A stretch of DNA of 64,000 bases, from assembly GCA_036136335.1 (NCBI GenBank), contig JAYZQT010000056.1, forward strand, positions 25,797 to 89,796. The letters are read 5' to 3'. The DNA is from Pseudomonadota bacterium (lineage in GTDB: Bacteria; Pseudomonadota; Alphaproteobacteria; MPNO01; UBA830). The notes under the pieces are model-generated. The model was given only the letters and a program-made list of their open reading frames with translations. It was not told the DNA's origin and made no database searches. This document shows positions 36,150 to 46,349 of the stretch, piece by piece (within the stretch, counting starts at the first letter, position 1; every line of letters begins with the position of its first letter). The translations under genes were made by a program, and so were the position numbers.

Positions 36150-36254
36150 GGAAGCCTCCCATTGCGATCGCAGAGTTTATCTTTCCCCTTGTCGCGCAAA
36201 ATCATACAATTAAAAAGACACTTGGAAAGACATTTAAATTTTAGGGGGTAGTGC

Positions 36255-37130
36255 ATGAGTGATCCGATTGTGACAGGCCTGCGCAGTGTGGAAATTGCCG
36301 TGCCCGACCTTACAACGGCAACCCGGTTCTACGAGGAATGCTGGGGATTGGAGGTTGCTGAAAAACACGGAGCAGCTGTTTATTTGCGTGGTACCGGGTA
36401 TGAACATCACGCTCTGGTACTCCATGAGGTTGGGGAGAAGAAGCTGCTTGCGGTAAATCTCGCTGCTCAGGATAAATCCCAGGTTGACGGCCTTTACGAG
36501 AAAGCGAAAAGTCTTGGTGCTTCCCTCGAAGCGCCCAAAGCGCTGAAAGGTCCCGCAGGCGGTTACGGATTCGTATTTCATGATCTTCATGCCCGTGATT
36601 ACTGCATTTCAGCCGACCTTAAACGGCATGAGCCGAAACCAAATGCAAGGGACTGTCCCATTAAACTTAGCCACGTGGTTCTTAATTCTCCCAACCGCGA
36701 AGCGCAGAGTGCGCAACTCGTTGATCTGTTGGGATTTAAACTGTCCGACCGCACGGGATACATGGATTTCATACGCTGCAGCCGTGATCACCACGCAATC
36801 GCCTATACGATGATCAATACGCCCACCCTCAATCACTGTGCCTTCGAGATGCCCAGCCACGATGCGTTAATGCATGGTTCCGGGCGCATGAAACGCTCGG
36901 GATTTCCGGTCGAGTGGGGGGTGGGTCGCCATGGACCAGGCGATAACATTTTTGCATATTTCATTGATCCGAATAACTATGTGATTGAGTATACAGCCGA
37001 AGTTCAGCAGGTGGACGACAGCTATAAAGTGGGGATGCCAGACGATTGGGTTCGACCGGCGGATTTTAATGGTGATGGCTGGGGTTTTGCCGGGCCAGCT
37101 TCAGATCTTATGCACGCGGCATCTCGATAG
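36255..37130 (+). CDS. type I extradiol ring-cleavage dioxygenase (VOC superfamily)
   Basis: Two-domain VOC architecture. LSHVVLN, HHAIAY and FIDPNNYVIEY segments are typical of catechol 2,3-dioxygenase-like enzymes. Confidence 0.8.
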   Translation: MSDPIVTGLRSVEIAVPDLTTATRFYEECWGLEVAEKHGAAVYLRGTGYEHHALVLHEVGEKKLLAVNLAAQDKSQVDGLYEKAKSLGASLEAPKALKGPAGGYGFVFHDLHARDYCISADLKRHEPKPNARDCPIKLSHVVLNSPNREAQSAQLVDLLGFKLSDRTGYMDFIRCSRDHHAIAYTMINTPTLNHCAFEMPSHDALMHGSGRMKRSGFPVEWGVGRHGPGDNIFAYFIDPNNYVIEYTAEVQQVDDSYKVGMPDDWVRPADFNGDGWGFAGPASDLMHAASR

Positions 37131-37179
37131 GGATTATCCGGGCGCGACGAATGTTCGGGCAGGTCAAGGTACCAAGTAA

Positions 37180-38577
37180 ATGCGTTCTTGTGTGGGGTCG
37201 ATAACGCTTTCGGTTGCTGAATTTTCAGCGGGAACGTCGTATGAAAACCTGCCTGTCACCGTCGTCGAGCGTGCAAAGGTGCACATCCTCGACACCTTGG
37301 GGGTGACGATTGCTGGATCTGTATCAGAAGCGGCCGATGTCAGCTGTCGACATCTCGTTGACCAGGGACTTGGGAGCTGGGGTTCAGTAATCATTGGTTC
37401 TCGTCTCCGAGCGCCACCGCGTTTCGCAGCTTTTGCCAACGCTGTCTCTGCGCACGCATACAATTTTGATGACACTACACCGCAAATTCGGGTTGACCGG
37501 ACCGGTGGCATCCATGCAAGCGGGTCAGTATTGCCAGCAGTGCTGGCGGTGGGAGAAGAGACTGGCGCCTCGGGGGCAGAAATTATTTCCGCATACGTTA
37601 CCGGTGTGGAAATTTCGTCGCGGTTAAACCACGCCATCGCGGCACGGCACTATGAGGATGGATTTCATCCTACCGGAACGCTTAACGGTTTTGGAGCGGC
37701 CTGTGCTGCCGCGCAACTTCGCGGGTTGAATACGGAAGAAATGATTGCCGCGGTGTCACTTTCCGCTAGCCAGGCAAGCGGTGTCCGTCGCAATTTTGGG
37801 ACCGTTGCCGAAATTTTCCATTCTGGCTGGGCGGCCGAAAATGGTGTTCTCGCCGCCGATCTTGCAGGCAGAGGGGTGATGGGTGCGAACGATGCACTGG
37901 AAGGCCCCACCGGGTTTTTCTATGCTGCGGCAGGGGGAAGCGACAAGGAAGAAATTTTAGGGCGGTTAGGTTGTCCCTGGGTATTCGAGAATCCGGGTAT
38001 ATGGATCAAACCTCATCCCAATGGCGCTTTGACGCACCCGGCTGCTGGCTGTTTTCTGGAACTTGTTAGAAAACATAACGTTTTGGCCAAAGACGTTGAA
38101 CAGATTACCGTGCACACCAACGAACGTGTCTGGAAAACGCTGCAGCATCACAATCCCGAGACAGGCATGCAAGCTAGATTCTCTATGGAATTTATTCTTG
38201 CGGTGTTGTTACTCGACCGCGCTGCGGGGCTTGCAACGTTTACCGATCAGACCCTGGCCCGGCGTGAGGTTTGGGAGTTGATGGCAAAGGTGGCATATAC
38301 GCCGTATATCAGAGGCGAAGTGAATTACACAAACGTTACAACGATGATCGAAATAACGCTTGTTGACGGGCGCCGCATTGCGGACCGAGCGGATCACGCA
38401 CGTGGCAGCAGGGCACTACCGATGGAATTTGAAGAGGTTGCTGAAAAATTTCATCTTTGCGCAACATATGGCGGGTGCTCCGATCGAACTATCGATACCC
38501 TCCTGGCCGCTGTAGCCGATCTCGAGCACTCTAGAAATACTGAGAAACTGGTCAACTCCTTGATTTTATTACGTTAA
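37180..38577 (+). CDS. MmgE/PrpD family protein
   Basis: N-terminal FSAGTSYENLPVTVVERAKVHILDTLGVTIAGS is typical of the PrpD family. 465 aa. Confidence 0.85.
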   Translation: MRSCVGSITLSVAEFSAGTSYENLPVTVVERAKVHILDTLGVTIAGSVSEAADVSCRHLVDQGLGSWGSVIIGSRLRAPPRFAAFANAVSAHAYNFDDTTPQIRVDRTGGIHASGSVLPAVLAVGEETGASGAEIISAYVTGVEISSRLNHAIAARHYEDGFHPTGTLNGFGAACAAAQLRGLNTEEMIAAVSLSASQASGVRRNFGTVAEIFHSGWAAENGVLAADLAGRGVMGANDALEGPTGFFYAAAGGSDKEEILGRLGCPWVFENPGIWIKPHPNGALTHPAAGCFLELVRKHNVLAKDVEQITVHTNERVWKTLQHHNPETGMQARFSMEFILAVLLLDRAAGLATFTDQTLARREVWELMAKVAYTPYIRGEVNYTNVTTMIEITLVDGRRIADRADHARGSRALPMEFEEVAEKFHLCATYGGCSDRTIDTLLAAVADLEHSRNTEKLVNSLILLR

Positions 38578-38700
38578 TTTATAGAATATTTTTCTCAAGC
38601 GGGGTGGACCTTTTCGTTAATTTCTATAAAGTCCTGCCGACAAAAGGCTAGAGGCTAGAACAACAAAATAAATTTATACTTTCTCTATAGGGAGATTATT

Positions 38701-40014
38701 ATGACAGCAAAGGCAAAACTACGTCTTTTCGGTGCGGCTATGGTGGGCGCGGCGGCCCTCGGCAGCGGCGCTGTTGGCGCCAAGACAATAAAAGTTGGCG
38801 TCCCCACCTTTCTGACCGGTGCCGGTGCTCCAGCATTTGGAATTCCTGGCAAAAAAGGTGTTCAGCTCATCGTTCGTGGCATCAATAATGGCGAACTGCC
38901 AGCACCCTATAATTCAAAAGGTTTCGCTGGAAGCCAGGTTCAGGCACTCATCTATGATGAGGCAGGTGGTGGCACCAAGCAGGTCACGGAACTGCGCAAC
39001 AAAGTGCAGAAGGATAAAGTGGACGCAATCATCGGTATGATATCATCCGGGACGTGTGCGGCTACTACAAAGGTAGCTGAGGAACTGAAAGTATTAACCA
39101 TTCTGGCCGTTTGTGGTACGCCACGAATTTTTGAAGATATCAATCCGAACCCAAAATATGTTTTCCGCACCATGAACCATGGTACGGCAAACAATGTCTC
39201 CGCGGCGCACTATGTGGCCAGGAAGTTGAGCTCGCATGTGAAGAATGGTTTTACAGGGATCAATCAGAACTACGCTTGGGGTCAGGATTCATGGCGGGAT
39301 TTCAGTCTTGCGATGCACCATCTGGTGCCGAGTGCTAAGCCGTCTAAAAAAAATCAAATGCCCAAGATTTTTGCTGGCCAGTACGGCAGTGAAATTTCGG
39401 CGTTATCCCGGGCGAAGGAGGGCTTGGTGCATTCCAGCTTCTGGGGCGGAGATTTGGAATCCTTCATTGGCCAGTCGTCTGCTCGTGGACTTTTCAAACG
39501 CAAGATGTTTGTTCTGACAGTTGGTGGAACAGTGGCCTACCGACTTGGGAAGAAGTTTCCTGTTGGGCTTATTGCTGGTGAACGCGGACCATATGGTTTG
39601 TATGTCGTTAATAATCCCTCACCGATGAACCAGTGGTTCCAGAAGGAATACCGCAAGGCCTATGGATCACCACCCTCACAGCCGGCCTACCAATATGCTC
39701 AGGGCTTTCTGGCGGCCAAATACGCCTACGACAAGGCGGCTAAGGCAGCAGGCAAGTTCCCGACTACCGATCAAGTGATCGCTGCGTTGGAAAATGCAAA
39801 TTTCCCGACATTCGTTGGGACCGTGCGTATGGGGCTCGGCAAAGGGCACCAGGGGCTTACGAACGATTACTGGGGCGTGACCGTCTGGGATGACAAACGT
39901 AATGAAATGACTGTTAAGGACGTAGTTAAGTTTTCATACAAATGTGTCATGCCGCCAGTTGGCGTGAAGAGCGTCGATTGGATCAAGGGTGGCATGAAAG
40001 GGGCTAAGTGTTAG
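38701..40014 (+). CDS. ABC transporter substrate-binding protein (type 1 PBP, Liv-like)
   Basis: Signal peptide MTAKAKLRLFGAAMVGAAALGSGAVGA. It is followed by the cognate permease and ATPase genes. Confidence 0.85.
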   Translation: MTAKAKLRLFGAAMVGAAALGSGAVGAKTIKVGVPTFLTGAGAPAFGIPGKKGVQLIVRGINNGELPAPYNSKGFAGSQVQALIYDEAGGGTKQVTELRNKVQKDKVDAIIGMISSGTCAATTKVAEELKVLTILAVCGTPRIFEDINPNPKYVFRTMNHGTANNVSAAHYVARKLSSHVKNGFTGINQNYAWGQDSWRDFSLAMHHLVPSAKPSKKNQMPKIFAGQYGSEISALSRAKEGLVHSSFWGGDLESFIGQSSARGLFKRKMFVLTVGGTVAYRLGKKFPVGLIAGERGPYGLYVVNNPSPMNQWFQKEYRKAYGSPPSQPAYQYAQGFLAAKYAYDKAAKAAGKFPTTDQVIAALENANFPTFVGTVRMGLGKGHQGLTNDYWGVTVWDDKRNEMTVKDVVKFSYKCVMPPVGVKSVDWIKGGMKGAKC

Positions 40015-40126
40015 CCATACTCTAAATTCTATCCGGGGGACGGTGCTGCCGTCCCCCGGTTTGATTTCTCCCTCGCACGAATAAACGCCCGACAGGGGTG
40101 TTGCTAATCTTTACAGGGGTCTTACG

Positions 40127-41029
40127 TTGGATTTCGAACTTCTTCTCGTCATCCTTGTCGATGGTCTGGTTTACTCGTCTTACCTTTTTCTGGTGGCAGT
40201 GGGCCTGACGGTTATCTTCGGCGTACAGAAGGTGCTGAACGTCACTCACGGGTCGTTCTACGCCTTTGGCGCCTACCTGACAGCTTACCTCATTGGCCTC
40301 TGGGCCAAAGGCGGATTGCCGGATTCAGGAAGTTTTTTACTGATTTTGTTTAGTGCGATCGTTCTCGGGGTTATCCTAGGAATTGTTATTGAAAGGGGGC
40401 TTTTGCAATTTCTCTATGATCGCGACGAGCATATCATTGTGCTGGCGACCTTTGCGGCGTTCTTGGTTCTTGAGGATGTAATCCTGCTGATATGGGGAAC
40501 CGACCCCTATTTTGCTTTCCAGCCTTTAACTTTGTTAGGTGGAAGCGAAATAGCTGGGCTGCTGTTTGATAATTACGCTCTGACAATGATCGCGCTGTCT
40601 TTCGTCATCGCTTTCGTCCTGTGGTACGGGCTTAACCGCACCCAGTTTGGTAAAGTCCTGCTTGCTGTGATCTTTGACCGCGAGCTCAGCATGGCGATGG
40701 GCATAAATGTAACCAAGGTATTTCTGATCACATTTATGATTGGGACATTTCTTGGGGCTCTTGGCGGAGCATATCATGCCCCGATTATATCGGTGCAGCC
40801 CGGTATCGGTGTCGAAGTGATCGTTTTGGCGTTTGCCGTAGTCGTAATCGGGGGAATGGGTTCTATTCCGGGAGCACTGATAGGTTCAATCGTAGTCGGT
40901 ATCTCCAGGGCGGCGGCCGTCCATATGCTTCCCGAGGTCGAGCTCTTCGTGATCTATGCGATTATGGCCTTGGTTCTAATTTTTCGTCCGGAGGGTTTGT
41001 TTGCCCCCATTAAGGCGAGGAAGATATGA
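40127..41029 (+). CDS. branched-chain-amino-acid-type ABC permease, LivH-like
   Basis: VDGLVYSSYLFLVAVGLTVIFGVQKVLNVTHG. TTG start at 40127 with an AGGGG upstream. Confidence 0.85.
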   Translation: MDFELLLVILVDGLVYSSYLFLVAVGLTVIFGVQKVLNVTHGSFYAFGAYLTAYLIGLWAKGGLPDSGSFLLILFSAIVLGVILGIVIERGLLQFLYDRDEHIIVLATFAAFLVLEDVILLIWGTDPYFAFQPLTLLGGSEIAGLLFDNYALTMIALSFVIAFVLWYGLNRTQFGKVLLAVIFDRELSMAMGINVTKVFLITFMIGTFLGALGGAYHAPIISVQPGIGVEVIVLAFAVVVIGGMGSIPGALIGSIVVGISRAAAVHMLPEVELFVIYAIMALVLIFRPEGLFAPIKARKI

Positions 41030-42024
41030 CCCGTTTGTTCGACAAGACCTTCTGGGGACTGACGATTGGCCTCGTAGGCCTGTTTATTCTTAACTTTCTG
41101 CTGGAAGAATGGATGAGGACGATTGGTCTTCAGTCTCTGTCCCGCGGATTGGTTGCCATCGGCTTGCTTGTTCTCTGGCGGACCGGACTTATTTCATTCG
41201 GGCACGCATTATTCTTTGGGTTTGGTGCATACACCGTCGCTATGCTGCAAATTTTAGGTGTGAGAGACCTGTTTTTGTTAATGATCTGCGGGATCGCGAC
41301 GGCGGGACTTCTAGCGTTCTTTCTCGGCTTTCTTCTCAGGCAGTACAGGGCAATATTCTTCGCGCTTTTAAATATGGCGTTCTCCATGATCCTTTATGGT
41401 GTTCTCGCTAAGGTTGAAGCTTTGGGATCAACCGACGGGATCGGGATTGAACAGGTAACTTTTTTAGGGATTAAACCCGAGGATGAAAGTTACCGCATGT
41501 GCTTGTTTATCTTTGCCATTGCCTTTGCGTACATCTCTGCAGTCGCTGCCCACTGGTATTTGAAATCAACCCTTGGGATGATGACGATGGCGGTGCGGGA
41601 AAACGAGATACGGGTAGAGTATCTCGGTTATTCGGCGGAAAAAGCCATTCACGCCAAATATGTGATTTCGGGAATATTGGCAGGTGCAGGCGGCGTTATT
41701 ATGGCGGTAGCGGTTGGGCATGTGGACCCTGATTCCATGGTCTACTGGCCCGTTTCAGGCGATTTCGTGTTCATTACCATTCTTTCGGGTACGGGCAACG
41801 TCGGCGCTACCTTTATCGGAGCTACCGTCTATGAACTTTTGCGAACCTACGCGTTCGAGTTAGCTCCTGCGATCTGGCAGTTAATCCTAGGCGGGTCGCT
41901 GCTGTTGATCATAATGTTCCTGCCTGATGGTCTTTGGTCTATTCGTAGTGAATGGCGGCATCGGCGGGCAGTGGTCAAAGCGTCACGTGCCCGGAAAACC
42001 CCGGGTGGCGGAGTAGAGAGATGA
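41026..42024 (+). CDS. branched-chain-amino-acid-type ABC permease, LivM-like
   Basis: GLISFGHALFFGFGAYT motif. ATGA overlap with the upstream permease. Confidence 0.9.
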   Translation: MTRLFDKTFWGLTIGLVGLFILNFLLEEWMRTIGLQSLSRGLVAIGLLVLWRTGLISFGHALFFGFGAYTVAMLQILGVRDLFLLMICGIATAGLLAFFLGFLLRQYRAIFFALLNMAFSMILYGVLAKVEALGSTDGIGIEQVTFLGIKPEDESYRMCLFIFAIAFAYISAVAAHWYLKSTLGMMTMAVRENEIRVEYLGYSAEKAIHAKYVISGILAGAGGVIMAVAVGHVDPDSMVYWPVSGDFVFITILSGTGNVGATFIGATVYELLRTYAFELAPAIWQLILGGSLLLIIMFLPDGLWSIRSEWRHRRAVVKASRARKTPGGGVER

Positions 42025-42803
42025 CACGTGTGCTCGAGGTCCATGACCTGGAAAAGAATTTTGGAGGTGTCGTCGCGGCCCACGATATCAATGTGACTGT
42101 AGATAAAGGCGAGACAATTGGGATAATCGGTGCGAACGGAGCGGGTAAAACAACATTTGTCAACATGGTGACCGGCTATTTACCCCCCTCGAGCGGTACG
42201 ATCAAGTTCGATGGACAAGGTGTTATTGGCCTTAAACCAAGGGCCGTTACCAAACTTGGGCTATGCAGATCCTTTCAGGTACCACAGGTTTTCCTGTCGG
42301 AATCCGTATTTGACAATATGCTGGTAGCATATGGAATTGCCGAGAGGTCGGGCTGGGGATTGTTTACGCCGTTGCACACCGAAGATCGGGAAATCAGGGT
42401 TGACGCGCATCTCAAGCGCTACCAGATATCCGATTACCGTGATACTGCGGCTTCCGCGTTACCTCAGGGGATAAGGAAGCTGCTGGATATCGCCATGGCG
42501 ACGGTCCGACACCCAAAGCTTGTTATGCTGGATGAACCAACTAGCGGGATCAGTGCAGAAGAAAAATTTGGTCTGATGGACATCATCATGAAGGCGCTTC
42601 GTGAGGAAGATGCCACAGTTATGTTTATCGAGCACGATATGGAGATTGTTGAGCGGTACGTCGAACGGGTCTGGGCTTTTTATCAAGGTGAAATCATTTG
42701 TGACGCACCAACGGCTGAAGCCATGGTCAATGAGCGGGTGAGGGAATTCGTCATCGGTCAGGAATATCATCCCGGCCATGTCGGAGGAAACACCAGTGCT
42801 TAA
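42021..42803 (+). CDS. ABC transporter ATP-binding protein, LivG-type
   Basis: MTRVLEVHDLEKNFGGV, Walker A GANGAGKTT, Walker B LVMLDEPTSG. I chose the start at Met 24 of the track ORF, which gives an ATGA overlap. Confidence 0.9.
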   Translation: MTRVLEVHDLEKNFGGVVAAHDINVTVDKGETIGIIGANGAGKTTFVNMVTGYLPPSSGTIKFDGQGVIGLKPRAVTKLGLCRSFQVPQVFLSESVFDNMLVAYGIAERSGWGLFTPLHTEDREIRVDAHLKRYQISDYRDTAASALPQGIRKLLDIAMATVRHPKLVMLDEPTSGISAEEKFGLMDIIMKALREEDATVMFIEHDMEIVERYVERVWAFYQGEIICDAPTAEAMVNERVREFVIGQEYHPGHVGGNTSA

Positions 42804-43440
42804 AGTAGATGGTATCGACGTAAACATCGGTGCAACGCCGATCCTTCGTGGTGTCTCCCTCGACGTGCCTGCGGGCACGATGTGTGGCCTGATAGGCCGT
42901 AATGGGGCCGGAAAGACGACGTTTATGCGCGCCATAATGGGTGCACTGCCGGCGCAGGCGGGTGCGATCGAGTTTGACGGTATAAACCTCCGGGATGCGC
43001 CGGCGCACCGGAGGGCACATATTGGTATCGGCTTCATGCCTGAAGACCGGCGCCTTGTGCCGCAGCTAACGGCTGAAGAGAACATCCTGTTACCTACATG
43101 GACAACCAAACAGGTCAACGCAGCCGATCGGTTGGAATGGATTTACAGGTTGATGCCCGAGGTGGAGGAGTTTCGCCATCGTGGGTCCACCGAACTATCA
43201 GGCGGGCAGCAGAAATTCGTTGCATTTGCCCGGGCCCTTATGGCCGGGACCAAGTTTTTGATGCTGGATGAACCCTCGGAGGGGATTGCACCCGTCTTCG
43301 CTCACCGAATGGTGGAAATCATAAAAAGCCTCAAAGAAGAAGGTGAATCAGTGCTGGTGGCGGAATCCAACGACAAGCACATCAGGGATATTCTGGATCG
43401 TTCCTACGTCATTGAGCGCGGCTCGATTATTGACGCCTGA
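42778..43440 (+). CDS. ABC transporter ATP-binding protein, LivF-type
   Basis: Walker A GRNGAGKTT, signature LSGGQQK, Walker B LMLDEPSEG. An alternative GTG start exists at 42796. Confidence 0.9.
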   Translation: MSEETPVLKVDGIDVNIGATPILRGVSLDVPAGTMCGLIGRNGAGKTTFMRAIMGALPAQAGAIEFDGINLRDAPAHRRAHIGIGFMPEDRRLVPQLTAEENILLPTWTTKQVNAADRLEWIYRLMPEVEEFRHRGSTELSGGQQKFVAFARALMAGTKFLMLDEPSEGIAPVFAHRMVEIIKSLKEEGESVLVAESNDKHIRDILDRSYVIERGSIIDA

Positions 43441-43451
43441 AAGTAGTTTTT

Positions 43452-43476
43452 GCAGGGTTAAAACCTGCGGCTTTTG
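43452..43476 (+). terminator. weak intrinsic-terminator-like hairpin after the ABC operon
   Basis: GCAGG-gttaaaa-CCTGC followed by GGCTTTTG, 12 nt after the stop codon. The stem is only 5 bp. Confidence 0.3.
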
Positions 43477-43723
43477 AATTGTCGGAAATTTGCCTTCGGG
43501 CGAGCCAGTGATGTTTCATTGAAACCCGGAACGAAATTCAAGAACTGACAAAAATTAACCTACTGTCCCTGGTTCCGAAGAGCATGAATTGATCACTTAA
43601 CACACTCGCAAGGCGCGTCATTTTGGCTGGTGGCTGGCTATATCCGTCACTACGAATATCTTCGATACCAGAAAGACTCGGGTCGATGGTCATTGGGTGA
43701 TACCCGGTAAGGAATAAATTTGA

Positions 43724-44647
43724 ATGCGGACATCTCCTAACCCCGTTGCCGCTGCGTACTCTGCGGTACCACCTCCAATGAGGGGCGTTATCTTTATGAT
43801 GATCGCCGGGCTCGGGGTGGTGGCCATGAACGTTTCAATTCGCCAGATTGCAGACGACATTCATCCATTCGTGATTGGTTTTTTTCGCCACCTGATTGGT
43901 ATCTGTCTTCTGGCACCGATTTTCATGCGGCCTGGTTACAGGCTCTTTCACACCACCCAGCTGCCATTGCACGGACTGAGGGCGTTTTTCAACGTGATAG
44001 CAATGCTCGCCTATTTCCTTGCACTGACCATGGAACCACTTGCCAAGGTCGTCGCTCTTACCTTTACTGCACCCCTGCTGGCAACGGTCGGGGCTGTTTT
44101 GATACTGGGTGAAAAAGTGAGCATTGCCCGCAGTGCTGCGCTGATTATCGGGCTTGTTGGCGCTCTGATAATTCTCCGGCCGTGGGCTGTCGAGATCAGC
44201 CCTGGCTCACTCCTCCTTCTCCTGTCAGCGTCGACCTGGGCAGCGGCACTGGTGGTGATCAAGGTCCTTTCGCGTCATGATTCACCTATAACCATAGCCC
44301 TTTATGCGTCGCTTTTGCAGCTACCATTTTCCCTGGTGGCGGCAGCGTTCTACTGGCAGTGGCCCACGCAACACGAACTGTTTATTATAGCCCTTGTTGC
44401 GTTTTTCGGTACCACAACCCAGATCTGTCTTGCGCAGGCATTTCGCGAGGCGGATGCTACCGTTGTACTGCCAGCAGATTTTACAAAGCTGGTTTTTGCC
44501 GGCCTAGCCGGGTGGCTGTTTTTTTCCGAACTGCCTGAAATATGGATCTGGCTGGGAGGGACAATTGTATTCGTTGGCGTATTTTTGAACGCGTGGTTTG
44601 AAAAACAGGCTCGATCGGCTGTGTCGCCGGTTGCGCCCAGGGGGTAA
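43724..44647 (+). CDS. DMT-superfamily (EamA-like) transporter
   Basis: 307 aa with about 10 hydrophobic segments in two repeated halves. Confidence 0.8.
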   Translation: MRTSPNPVAAAYSAVPPPMRGVIFMMIAGLGVVAMNVSIRQIADDIHPFVIGFFRHLIGICLLAPIFMRPGYRLFHTTQLPLHGLRAFFNVIAMLAYFLALTMEPLAKVVALTFTAPLLATVGAVLILGEKVSIARSAALIIGLVGALIILRPWAVEISPGSLLLLLSASTWAAALVVIKVLSRHDSPITIALYASLLQLPFSLVAAAFYWQWPTQHELFIIALVAFFGTTTQICLAQAFREADATVVLPADFTKLVFAGLAGWLFFSELPEIWIWLGGTIVFVGVFLNAWFEKQARSAVSPVAPRG

Positions 44648-44700
44648 ATTCCGCAAATCTGGTAGAATGTTATTATGGTGACAGAAAGTGGGAGAACGTC

Positions 44701-45564
44701 ATGAACGAAATCGTATGGGGAAGTTTTACCCAGGAAGAACTGAACAGGAATTACGATCAGTCGTCCCTGGTTCCTAATGTAAACGATCTGATGGAACAGA
44801 ATGCAGAGGACAGTGTTAAAATCCGGGAAGATCTCGAACTAATTCCGGACGTTTCCTATGGCCCGACGGTGCTTGAGCGACTTGATATTTTCCCTGTTCC
44901 CACGAAAGGTGCGCCTGTTGCCCTATATCATCATGGTGGTGCGTGGACGCGGTCCAATAAGGACCAGTGTTCATATGTTGCACCAGGACTGGTGGCTGCA
45001 GGGGTCAACGTACTGGTGCTTGATTTTGCGCTGGCGCCAGTTGTGTCGCTTGATGAGATTATTCGGCAGAACCGGGCAGCAATATCATGGACATGGAAGA
45101 ATGCTGACAGATATGGGTGGGACCGGGATCGAATCCACTGCATTGGACATTCGTCGGGTGGTCACATATGTGGCATGATGCAGGTGACTGATTGGGTATC
45201 CGATTACGGGCTACCGGAAAACGTGATCAAAAGTGCTGCCGCCTGCAGCGGAATGTATGACCTGGAACCTGTGAGGCTTAGCCATCGCAACACATATCTT
45301 GACCTGACCGAGCTGGCAGCTGACCGAAACAGTTCTATCAGGCACATTCCGGCTTATGGAGCCCCAATGACGGTGGCATGGGGAACGGGGGAGCTTGACG
45401 AGTTCCAGCGTCAGAGCCGAGAATTTGCTGCAGCCTGGGGTGCCGCCGGGCACAAGACAGATACCTTTGTTATGGAGGGATTGAACCATTTTGAGGTAGG
45501 GCGTGAAATTTTCAATCCAGATCAGCCGGTGTTTCAGAACATATTGAAAAATATGGATCTTTAG
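44701..45564 (+). CDS. alpha/beta hydrolase (esterase / arylformamidase-like)
   Basis: HHGGAW oxyanion motif and GHSSGGH nucleophile elbow. Confidence 0.75.
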   Translation: MNEIVWGSFTQEELNRNYDQSSLVPNVNDLMEQNAEDSVKIREDLELIPDVSYGPTVLERLDIFPVPTKGAPVALYHHGGAWTRSNKDQCSYVAPGLVAAGVNVLVLDFALAPVVSLDEIIRQNRAAISWTWKNADRYGWDRDRIHCIGHSSGGHICGMMQVTDWVSDYGLPENVIKSAAACSGMYDLEPVRLSHRNTYLDLTELAADRNSSIRHIPAYGAPMTVAWGTGELDEFQRQSREFAAAWGAAGHKTDTFVMEGLNHFEVGREIFNPDQPVFQNILKNMDL

Positions 45565-45614
45565 GCATTGGTTCAGTTTTTCCGGCTGGGGTGAAGTGTT
45601 TGCAACTGTCGGGT

Positions 45615-46349
45615 TTATAGGGATTCTAGAGGTGTGATTGAACGACCGTAACGGTGCAATGTGGCACCGTTAACCCGAAGCCATTTTCGTGATTGAGCGC
45701 TTTCACTGCATAAATCTTGGACGACCGCCCAGAATGCCTCGCTGTGATTGAGTTCCCGAAGATGCGCAACCTCGTGGGCAACCACATAATCAAGAACAGC
45801 TTCTGGTGCCAATACCAGCCGCCAGGAGAAATTCAGATTTCCATTCCGGGAGCAACTCCCCCACCGTGACTTGGTATCGCGCATCCTAATTTGTGCCGGT
45901 GTGCGGTGGATTTTGGTCGCCATCGTGTGTGCCCGGGGTTTTATTTCGGTTAGCGCGCGAGCTATTAGCCACCGGCGAACGCGTCCATTCAGGGCTTCTT
46001 TGTTTCCGCTTACCCATAAATCGTCGCCCTCCAAAACAGGAAGGGCGTTGCGATCCTCAACGCCGCGTATCCTTACCGTTCGGTCAAGCAAGGGAAAACA
46101 CGCGCCGTCCACGAAAGGTATCGCATTTCCTATCAGGGACAATTGGTCAGAAACCCATCGGGCCTGTGTCCGCGCAAACCGGACGCCATCCTGTACTGGT
46201 GCGCCGGGTGGCAGGACTATTTCCAACAGGCCGTCATAGATGCCAATGTGCAACAAGATACGGCGAGCTCGATGGCTGCGACGTATTTTCAGAGGCAAGT
46301 TACGTCCATCCTCAAGGGTCAACGTGACCTGCTGACGGGCGGCCCTCAT
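45615..46349 (-). CDS. M48/YgjP-like (DUF45) zinc metallohydrolase
   Basis: HEVAHLRELNH (HExxH) near the C-terminus and RRILLHI near the N-terminus. I chose the start at Met 15, which gives an ATGA overlap with the upstream MFS stop. Confidence 0.75.
   Translation of the reverse strand: MRAARQQVTLTLEDGRNLPLKIRRSHRARRILLHIGIYDGLLEIVLPPGAPVQDGVRFARTQARWVSDQLSLIGNAIPFVDGACFPLLDRTVRIRGVEDRNALPVLEGDDLWVSGNKEALNGRVRRWLIARALTEIKPRAHTMATKIHRTPAQIRMRDTKSRWGSCSRNGNLNFSWRLVLAPEAVLDYVVAHEVAHLRELNHSEAFWAVVQDLCSESAQSRKWLRVNGATLHRYGRSITPLESL

Noticed and set aside
43513-43525. 13-bp palindrome GTTTCA-T-TGAAAC in the 283-nt spacer upstream of the DMT transporter gene.
   Set aside because: It is a short AT-rich palindrome about 200 nt from the start codon. 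One of this size is expected by chance in a spacer of this length, and there is no associated regulator.
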